Origin: Octopus vulgaris
Lineage: Eukaryota
Length of the DNA: 64,000 nt
NCBI GenBank assembly: GCA_951406725.2
Contig: OX597836.1
Span: 28,086,001-28,150,000, forward strand
Reading direction: 5' to 3'
In this document: positions 54,265 to 64,000 of the stretch, piece by piece
How positions within the stretch are numbered: position 1 is the stretch's first letter
How the letters are laid out: each line of letters starts with the position of its first letter
Notes under the pieces: model-generated
Database searches by the model: none
The model's input: the letters and a program-made list of their open reading frames with translations, nothing else
What the model was told of the DNA's origin: nothing
Translations under genes and position numbers: made by a program

Positions 54265-54350
54265 TTGGCTGATGAGTGCTCAGCATTTTAAAACTGTTGT
54301 AATACTTACAACATTTAATAAAATGATGTAGTACGAAACGATCGTACCAA
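54265..54350 (+). ncRNA. Type I hammerhead ribozyme with extended stem II (intact core)
   Basis: UUGG-CUGAUGA-GUGCU...(cauuuua/uaaaaug, uguuguaa/uuacaaca)...AGUAC-GAA-ACGAUCGU-A-CCAA; GUA triplet, predicted cleavage after 54346. Confidence 0.88.
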
Positions 54351-54393
54351 ATTACCGGAGTCATTCTTGTAGCTTATTTTGATTATATATATG

Positions 54394-54445
<52 letters not shown>

Positions 54446-54828
54446 AATTACGAGTTTCTTTATGTTTCCGTCTACCAAATCGATTCACAAAGCTTTGGTC
54501 GGCCCGAGGCTATAGTAGTAGAAGATACTTGCCCAAGGTACCGAGCAGTGGGACTGAACCCCACTGTTTTGCCAAATTACGCCTAACTAATTGCAAGGTG
54601 TGTTTTCTGAGTCCTTGATTGATTGAATGGGTTAGTTGTTAACAGCCTAGGTAGACTTAGGTCAATGTAATCGTCTGCTCCTCTTTCTTTGTATGACCTT
54701 CTCACTTGAAAATATTTCTCACAATATTTTTATTTACTTTGAATACTTCGGCTTACCTAACCAGTTTTTCATCTTCTTAATTTCACACCCAAAAATACAT
54801 AAACTTGCTTAGTATTGTCTTCATATAC

Positions 54829-54888
<60 letters not shown>

Positions 54889-55540
54889 CGTAGATACGTA
54901 CACAATACATATATACTCAATTACTACATGCAAACATACATTCTTGCATACATGCATGCAAAAGTGTTAGTCAAACCCACGATATGAGGGAAAGTTATTT
55001 GGCACGCACACACACACACATAAACACATACACACACACATACGTAGATACACACACAATACATACGCACAATCACTACATGCATACATACACACACACA
55101 CACATAAATACATACACACACACATACGTAGATACACACACAATACATACGCACAATCACTACATGCATACATACATACCTACCTACCTACATACATACC
55201 TACCTACATACATACATACATACATACATACATACATACATACATACATACATACATACATACACACACACACATACATACATACATACATACATAGACA
55301 CACACACATACATACATACATACATACATACATACATACATACATACATACATACAAAAGTGTGTCAGGTAAACCCACGACGAGGGAAAGTTATTTGGCA
55401 CGTACACACCCAAACACACACACACTAATTCATATAAACATAAACACCATAAGCTGTCTTCAACAAAGGAGCCTTGCTACGCTCTAACGTATCAACTTGA
55501 ATCCTGAAAAACACGATGTCAATAAACTTAGATAAACGCC

Positions 55541-57020
55541 AAGGCGGCGAACTGGCAGAAACGTTAGCGCGCCGGGCGAAATGCTTAGCGGTATTTCGTC
55601 TGCCGCTACGTTCTGAGTTCAAATTCCGCCGAGGTCGACTTTACCATTCATCCTTTCGGGGTCGATTAAATAAGTACCAGTTACGCACTGGGGTCGATGT
55701 CATCGACTTAATCCCTTTGTCTGTCCTTGTTTGTCCCCTCTATGTTTAGCCCCTTGTGGGTAGTAAAGAAATAGGTATTTTGTCTGCCGCTACATTCTGA
55801 GTTCAAATTCCGCCGAGGTCGACTTTGCGTTTCATCCTTTCGGGGTTGATTAAATAAGTACCACTTACGCACTGGGGTCGATGTCATCGACTTAATCCCT
55901 TTCTCTGTCCTTGTTTGTCCCCTCTATGTTTAGCCCCTTGTGGGTAGTAAAGAAATAGGTATTTCGTCTGCCGCTATTCCGCCGAGGTCTACTTTGCCTT
56001 TCATCCTTTCGGGGTCGATTAAATAAGTACCAGTTACGCACTGGGGTCGATGTCATCGACTTAATCCCTTTGTCTGTCCTTGTTTGTCCCCTCTATGTTT
56101 AGCCCCTTGTGGGTAGTAAAGAAATAGGTATTTTGTCTGCCGCTACGTTCTGAGTTCAAATTCCGCCGAGGTCGACTTTACCATTCATCCTTTCGGGGTC
56201 GATTAAATAAGTACCAGTTACGCACTGGGGTCGATGTCATCGACTTAATCCCTTTGTCTGTCCTTGTTTGTCCCCTCTATGTTTAGCCCCTTGTGGGTAG
56301 TAAAGAAATAGGTATTTTGTCTGCCGCTACGTTCTGAGTTCAAATTCCGCCGAGGTCGACTTTGCCTTTCATCCTTTCGGGGTTGATTAAATAAGTACCA
56401 GTTACGCACTGGGGTCGATGTCATCGACTTAATCCCTTTGTCTGTCCTTGTTTGTCCCCTCTATGTTTAGCCCCTTGTGGGTAGTAAAGAAATAGGTATT
56501 TCGTCTGCCGCTATTCCGCCGAGGTCGACTTTGCCTTTCATCCTTTCGGGATTGATTAAATAAGTACCAGTTACGCACTGGGGTCGATGTCATCGACTTA
56601 ATCCCTTTCTCTGTCCTTGTTTGTCCCCTCTATGTTTAGCCCCTTGTGGGTAGTAAAGAAATAGGTATTTCGTCTGCCGCTATTCCGCCGAGGTCGACTT
56701 TGCCTTTCATCCTTTCGGGATTGATTAAATAAGTACCAGTTACGCACTGGGGTCGATGTCATCGACTTAATCCCTTTCTCTGTCCTTGTTTGTCCCCTCT
56801 ATGTTTAGCCCCTTGTGGGTAGTAAAGAAATAGGTATTTTGTCTGCCGCTACGTTCTGAGTTCAAATTCCGCCGAGGTCGACTTTGCCTTTCATCCTTTC
56901 GGGGTCGATTAAATAAGTACCACTTACGCACTGGGGTCGATGTCATCGACTTAATACCTTTGTCTGTCCTTGTTTGTCCCCTCTATGTTAGCTCCTTGTG
57001 GGCAATAAAGAAATAAGAAA
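55541..57020 (+). repeat. Head-to-tail array of 8 family D (Nin/Deu-like) SINE units
   Basis: Single A-box head, then units starting near 55590, 55774, 55958, 56127, 56311, 56495, 56664 and 56833 (184 or ~170 bp); aagaaat tail. Confidence 0.92.
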
Positions 57021-57101
57021 TAAATATAAATATACTGTTGAGCATAAAGCCGTGCGGACAGATATACAAAACACATGCGGCTTGGTATAAAAACGTCCAT
57101 G

Positions 57102-57654
57102 CGAGGGGGCGCTGTAAAGTTCCTGGCTTTGGTTAAAAGAAAATACAGGAGGATCAGTTAATTATGATTTTATTCAACATATTCCGCACTCAGGTTTACA
57201 CACCTGTTGCAGCAGTCCTTCAGTTTTTCTAAGCTCTGTAAAAAAACTCGGAAGGTTGGGCTTCCAACCAGGCTTTCGCAACACCCTTAACAACAGGAGT
57301 GAGGGCGCGTGGCTTAGTGGTTAGGGCATTCGGCTCATGATCGTAAGGTTGTGAGTTCGATTCCCGGCGACGCGTTGTGTCCTTGAGCAAGACACTTTAT
57401 TTCACGTTGCTCCAGTCCACTCAGCTGGCAAAAATGAGTTGTACTTGTATTTCAAAGGGTCAGCCTTGTCACTCTCTGTGTCACGCTGATTATCCCCGAG
57501 AACTACGTTAAGGGTACACGTGTCTGTGGAATGCTCAGCCATTTGCACGTTAATTTCACGAGCAAGCTGTTCCGTTGATCGTATCAGCTGGGACCCTCGT
57601 CGTCGTAACCGGCGGAGTCTTTAAGAACAACAGGAACTTTTCATCACCCTCTCG
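57102..57654. mobile_element. Mariner-derived MITE interrupted by a family B SINE
   Basis: TIRs cgagggggcgctgtaaagttcctg / caggaacttttcatcaccctctcg. Confidence 0.75.
57299..57625 (+). mobile_element. SINE family B with 10-bp TSD
   Basis: TSD aacaacagga at 57289-57298 and 57626-57635; tRNA-like head. Confidence 0.88.
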
Positions 57655-57730
57655 TTCGAATATATATATAGCTCTCCTGTTTTTTAAAAAAACATTATTC
57701 TTCTACTTTTACTACTTCCGTCTTTTAGTA

Positions 57731-58054
<324 letters not shown>

Positions 58055-58067
58055 GTGCCACTCTGTC

Positions 58068-58432
58068 AGTTACGACAATGAGGGTTGCAGTTGATCTGAT
58101 TCAACGGAAACAGCCTGCTCGTGAAATTGATGTGCAAGTGGCTGAGCATTCCACAGACACGTGTGTCCTTAACGTAGTTCTCGGGGAGATTCAGCATGAC
58201 GCAGTGTGTCTCAAGGCTGGCCTGGCCCCTTTGAAATACAGGTACAACAGAAACAGGAAGAAAGAGCGAGAGAGAGTTGTGGTGAAAGAGTACAGCAGGG
58301 TTCGCCACCCCACCCCCCTGCCGGAGCCTCTGAAGCTTTAGATGTTTTCGCTCAGTAAACACTCACAGCGCGCGGTCTGGGAATCGAAACCGCGAGTCCG
58401 CTGCCCTAACCACTGGGCCCTTAAGCCTCCGC
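58068..58432 (-). mobile_element. Chimeric SINE (family C head, family B-like 3' part)
   Basis: Reverse complement head ggcccagtggttagggcagcggactcgc; 3' part matches 57480-57610. Confidence 0.75.
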
Positions 58433-58719
58433 TTCTATATATATAACATACATATAAGAGAGCAAGAGCACTAAGTGGACATCCATTATGCTAGAAGTAG
58501 ACTCCCTATGGTCTTACCACTAAGAAAGGACTGTCCTCAAGAAAATTCGGCAAACTCCAGAACGTAAGCGAGCAAAACAAATGAAAAGATACAAAATATA
58601 AAGATTAATCACAAATCCGGTTTCGTCGTTACCACTTACGTAATACTTACGTAAATCTCTGCAACTCATTAGTGTGGTCATTTACGTAAGTTATTACGTA
58701 GGTGTGTGTATATATATAT

Positions 58720-59020
58720 ATCACCATGATCACCGTGACCGACTAGGCTATCAGATATTGCTACACATCGCTGGTCACAATGTGTTTCGCATTGTTTTAG
58801 CCTTTAAATGACGCCACCCCGCTGGCTAAGCGAGCAGGCCAACAGAAGAAAGAGTGAGAGAAAGTTGTGGCGAAAGAATACAGCAGGGATCGCCACCAGC
58901 CCCTGCCAGAGCCTCGGGGAGCTTTAGGCGTTTTCGCTCAATAAACACCCGGTCTGGGAATCGAAACCGCGACACTACGACCGCGAGTCCGCTGCCCTAA
59001 CCACTGGGCCATTGTGCCTC

Positions 59021-59022
<2 letters not shown>
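58720..59022 (-). mobile_element. SINE family C
   Basis: Reverse-complement homology to 52428-52738. Confidence 0.88.
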
Positions 59023-59080
<58 letters not shown>

Positions 59081-59098
59081 TATACATGTGTGTGTGTA

Positions 59099-59193
<95 letters not shown>

Positions 59194-59802
59194 ACAATGG
59201 ACTTCTTTCAGTTTCTGTCCACCTAATCCACTCACAAAGCTTTGGTCTGCTCGGGGCTTGAAGACACATGATGCCAAAGGTGCCACGCAGTGGAACTGAA
59301 CCCAGAACCATGTGGTTGAGAAGCAATACTTCTTACTCCATAGTCATGTGTATGTGCGCACACACACACACACACACGCATATAGTGACATAAACATATA
59401 TTTATTTAGAAAGCCAACTATTTGAAACCCCCACCTGGACGATCTCAGCAAGTTATTGCCTAATGCGTCATAGTAAATTTCGTCCCAATCCTCAATGCTG
59501 CTTGCTTAAAACCTTTCATGCTTCACTAGAATTCAAAGGAACACCATCGCTGCATTCCACAAATTCCTTCCTAAGAAAAACTACTGAAGATCAGATTGTC
59601 AACTCTTCAGTGTCTTGTCGAGCGTCTTTACTCAACCATTAAACCTAAATTTAGTTGCTGTTTCTGCTCTTTCCCCGAGATTTTTTATATTGCTTGTTTT
59701 GCATCAAGTCATTCGCGGCAGCCATTGTAATTTGCTTACCGAAACACTTCAAAACACAAACGCACACATACACACACAAAAATTATATAGATAGATAGAT
59801 AA

Positions 59803-59845
<43 letters not shown>

Positions 59846-59864
59846 GGCAGGCAGGCAGGCAGGC

Positions 59865-59963
<99 letters not shown>

Positions 59964-60127
59964 CAGACTGACAGACAGATATATAAATAAATAGATAGAT
60001 AAGCCTTTTTTTCTGTCGAGGGCTTATATGCCCCTTTATTAGACTATTTTCCTTAGTCATTGCACGGTGATCGCCGTAAGCTTTAAGCTTAAATAAAAAA
60101 TACCATTATTATTATTATTTACAGGAT

Positions 60128-60194
<67 letters not shown>

Positions 60195-60196
<2 letters not shown>

Positions 60197-60595
60197 CTGT
60201 GTGGTAAGTAGGTTGCTTATCAACCACGTGGTTCTGGGTTCAGTTCCACTGCGTGGGACCTTGAGCAAGAATCTTCTACTATAGTCTCGGGCCGACTAAA
60301 GCCTTGTGAGTGGATTTGGTAGACGGAAACTGAAAGAAGCCCGTCGTATATATGTATATATGAGTGTTGTGTGTTTGTTCCCCCCCCCCACACACACACA
60401 CACACAAACACAACATCGCCGATGCAGGTGTGTTTACGTCACCGTAAATTAGCGGTTCGGCAAAAAAAAAAAAGATAGAATAAGTACTAGGCTTACAAAG
60501 AATAAGTCCTGGGGTCGATTTGCGCGACTAAAGGCGGTGCTCCAGCATGGCCACAGTCAAATGGCTAAAACAAGTAAAAGAATACAAGAGTAAGA
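60195..60595 (+). mobile_element. SINE family A
   Basis: Homology to 1044-1472. Confidence 0.87.
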
Positions 60596-60636
60596 GTGTG
60601 TGTGTGTGTGTGTGTGTTAATGTATGTTAATGTATG

Positions 60637-60706
<70 letters not shown>

Positions 60707-60849
60707 TGTTCGTCTATCTTCCTGCCTCTAGACTTTCACTCCACACACTGTTAGTCGAAAGAAACCTGTTGTTATTTTCTTAATGTCTGTATTTGTAATT
60801 GAATAACATTTTCTCCGGGGTTTTTTCGTTTTTTTTTGTTTTGGTTTTT

Positions 60850-61079
60850 GTCTTTGTTGTCGTACACATTCACTTGCTTTCTCTCAAAATATTCAATGCT
60901 CGTAGGTTAGATTTTTGTGGGCCAGCTAGATTTGAACAGTCTCGAGTGTAACAGGCCGAAACTGTAAGGAAAATCTGGAAACTTGGCTGAAGAGAGAAGG
61001 CTACGAATGGCCCGTTTTTGTTTTGTCCTGTCCGTCTTCGTATCGCCTATTATCTTCTGTTGCGTTCTTGTTCCATATT

Positions 61080-61083
<4 letters not shown>
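60850..61083 (+). mobile_element. TA-flanked repeat homologous to 7137-7360
   Basis: See 7137-7360. Confidence 0.65.
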
Positions 61084-61135
<52 letters not shown>

Positions 61136-61228
61136 CATACATATATATGCATACTTATATGCACACACCGATCAACAAATACAGTCATACTCATATATAC
61201 ACGCACATACATTTATTTACATATATGT

Positions 61229-61380
61229 ATGTCCATAAATATATTTTGGGGTACTCCAATGTATATATACATATATATATATGTATATATATTATATATA
61301 TAAACATATATATATAATATATATATCATATATATATGTAAATATCTATCATAAATATACATATATAGGCCACTCATGCG

Positions 61381-61414
<34 letters not shown>

Positions 61415-61564
61415 CGCAGGAGTGGCCTATATATGTATATTTATGATAGATATTTACATATATATATGATATATATATTATATATATATATGTTTATATA
61501 TATAATATATATACATATATATATATATGTATATATACATTGGAGTACCCCAAAATATATTTAT

Positions 61565-61570
<6 letters not shown>
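61229..61570. repeat. ~340-bp near-perfect palindrome centred on (TA)n
   Basis: atgtccataaatatattttggggtactccaatg...ggccactcatgcgcc(ta)nggcgcaggagtggcc...cattggagtaccccaaaatatatttatggacat. Confidence 0.9.
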
Positions 61571-61602
<32 letters not shown>

Positions 61603-61724
61603 TCAAATTGAGATGGGGTTGTAAATGCAACCCACCATGGGATACCATATATCCAATATACTGCTAGTGAGGTACCCAACAAAGTTAATACATAAATGTT
61701 AAGAATTGCGATACAATTAATTCG

Positions 61725-62115
61725 AGTGGCTGTGTGGTAAGAAGCTTGCTTCTAAACCACATAGTTCCGGCTTCAGTCCCACTGCGTGGCACCTTGGGCA
61801 AGTGTCTTCTACAATAGCCTCGAGTCGACCAAAGCCTTGAGTTGATTTGGTAGACGGAAACTGAAAGAAGCCCGTCGTATATATATATATATGTTTGTGT
61901 GTCTGTATTTGTCCCCCCCTCCACCACCACCATCACTTGATAACCGATGTTTGGGTGATTATGTTCCATTAACTTAGCGGTTCGGCTAAAAGAAACCGAT
62001 TGAATAAGTACTAGGCTTACAAAGAATAAGTCCTGGGAGTCGATTTGTTCGACTAAAGGTGGTGCTCCAGCATGACCCCAATCAAGTGACTGAAACAAAT
62101 AAAAGAATAAAAGAA
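61725..62115 (+). mobile_element. SINE family A
   Basis: Homology to 1044-1472. Confidence 0.87.
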
Positions 62116-62122
62116 GATAGAC

Positions 62123-62182
<60 letters not shown>

Positions 62183-62341
62183 GGATGGATGGATGGATGG
62201 ATGGATGGATGGATAGATTACATATATAATATTGCATGGAAAAATGCGAGCAAACCTGGAAAATTACAGGACAAGTTATTACACTTGGAAAAGTTCAGGA
62301 CATCTGATAAAGTACAGAACAAGAAAATTTTTTATTTAAAA

Positions 62342-63016
62342 CTAGCAGTATCGCCCGGCGTTGCTCGGGTTTGTAAGGGAAATAACTATATAAGCATTTT
62401 TAGAGAGTTACTTCCCTTATATAATAGCAAAAAATGCATTAAAAATGGGGTAAAATGATGGTAAATTTTTTTTTAAATCGTAGACTCATCGTAGACGCGC
62501 GCTAATACCTAGAAGGGCTCGATATGAATCACGACTATAAGATACCCGCTTTTGGTTACACTGCACCGCAAAATATGGGAGTAGTTAGGAATCTAAATCG
62601 TAGGAGACAGACACACAACTTTACTTTTATATATAAAGACTAGCAGTATCGCCCGGCGTTGCTCGGGTTTGTAAGGGAAATAACTATATAAGCATTTTTA
62701 GAGAGTTACTTCCCTTATAGATGCCAATTCGGGCTTTCTTAGCCATTTCTGTTTTGGTGTCTTCAAGCCATGAAGTCGTTGTTCTAAAAGAACGCTGGTC
62801 TCCTTGACAACGCTTTACGACGTTGATTTCCTTAAACTCCCTTCCCCACAGCTTCACGAGGGAGGGAAGAAGGGGAGAAGCAAACAGGTGCAGGTGTGAC
62901 CATGGACGCCAACTCCGCCGCCATCGACACACGAAAAAATATGCATTAAAATGGAATAAAAAATTATGTTAAATTATTTTTAAAATCGTAGACTCATCTA
63001 GTTTTATATATATAGA
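62342..63016 (-). mobile_element. Two head-to-tail non-autonomous Helitrons
   Basis: Units 62342-62639 and 62640-63016; each has TC...hairpin cccgagcaacgccggg...CTAG on the minus strand. Confidence 0.8.
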
Positions 63017-63219
63017 TTAGTTTTTATTAAAACAAAAAAAAAATTATTACAAGTTATGAGGGAGGAGGAAGGTAAAAGTAAAGAGGCGTCTCACGCGCGC
63101 GTTACAAAAGCAGACGACAAGATGTCTGTTTGTTATTAATTGTTGCTTCTCAGTCAATCACACACATTCACAGAAAAAAGATGCGAGAAAAAATAATGTT
63201 CAGTTACTCTCTCTCTCTT

Positions 63220-63250
<31 letters not shown>

Positions 63251-63669
63251 GAGAAGAAATGCCTGTCGCAAAGTGTGTTTCGTAAAAGATGGAAGTCTAT
63301 AGCAAGTATGTTGCGAGTGAAAGAACCTGTTTAATCGAGAATGTAAAAAAGGAGAAAGCAAAGTCTTCAGTGTGAGAATGTGGTTTGTGGGGTCGACCGC
63401 GTCCTCCGCTTCATTTTTTGTTAATCACTCATTCTCATTTAATTGTATATATTTTAATTGTTTGTTTATTCATATGTTTCGTCTCATTCGATACCCTGAC
63501 CCCAACGTTTGTTTTGTCCCCTCTTTTTCTCAACCTTATGGTGAATAAAGAAATACTCTCTCTCTCTCTCGCTCTCTCAGTCAATCACTCACTTATACAT
63601 TCAACGAAAATAGATGCGAGAAAAATCAATATGAAATGTTCACTGTCGGGAGGGAGCAACTTCACATTA

Positions 63670-64000
63670 TCACCTTCTTTTTTTTAGTAAACTTTGATAC
63701 TTCATTAATTCTTCTTTGTTAATAACTATATTTTCACAGGGGCGAGTTGCTGCACTCGCAAAATTTATCTTTGACTTTTCCTCTTGTGGAGTAGCCTCGC
63801 TAGACATCTTGTCGTCTGCTTCTGTAACGCTCGCGTGAGACGCCTCTTTACTTTCACCTTCCTCCTCCCTCATATTCGCCTTCATGCCTTCAAACAAATT
63901 TTCAAAGTTTTCCTCCGACTCGGAAGAAATTGGTGGCAAATTCGTGTTTTTTGCCGCTTGTTTAGTAGCCTCGCTAGACATCTTGTCGTCTGCTTTTGTA
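63670..64000 (-). other. Acidic low-complexity ORF fragment with repeated ADDKMSSEAT motif (possible retroelement ORF1 N-terminus)
   Basis: ORF 63670-63981 runs from the window edge; internal repeat; inverted copy at 63056-63127. No recognisable domain. Confidence 0.3.

Noticed and set aside
55541-57020. Possible CRISPR-like array
   Set aside because: Units are contiguous ~170-184-bp SINE bodies without unique spacers, in a eukaryotic context with no cas genes.
59400-59750. Possible integrase remnants
   Set aside because: Motifs too degenerate and not in the expected order.

Overview
AT-rich, extremely repeat-dense eukaryotic DNA. The SINE, microsatellite and LINE content resembles an octopus/cephalopod genome (inference, not checked). 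Nearly all ORFs in the track are microsatellite translations. Mobile elements: several tRNA-derived SINE families (one forms an 8-unit head-to-tail array), a decayed full-length DD34D mariner, non-autonomous Helitrons, a Merlin-type MITE with an 8-bp TSD, a solo LTR with a 4-bp TSD, and fragments of Penelope-like (RT, GIY-YIG), R4/Dong-like, RTE, Chapaev3-like and gypsy-like elements. Host-like features: a tRNA-Asn(GTT) gene with a B-box/T-stem substitution, a probable first coding exon of a claudin/PMP22-superfamily-like protein (+43324-43533) and a weaker minus-strand first-exon candidate (17590-17512). The most notable signal is a population of about 10 type I hammerhead-ribozyme motifs in short non-coding elements associated with (TA)n tracts. 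Two have fully intact cores and stems (54265-54350 +, 35727-35790 -). Three fold-back elements also share a structured head. Together these suggest a non-autonomous Penelope-like/retrozyme-like ribozyme retroelement system. All pairings and alignments were done by eye.
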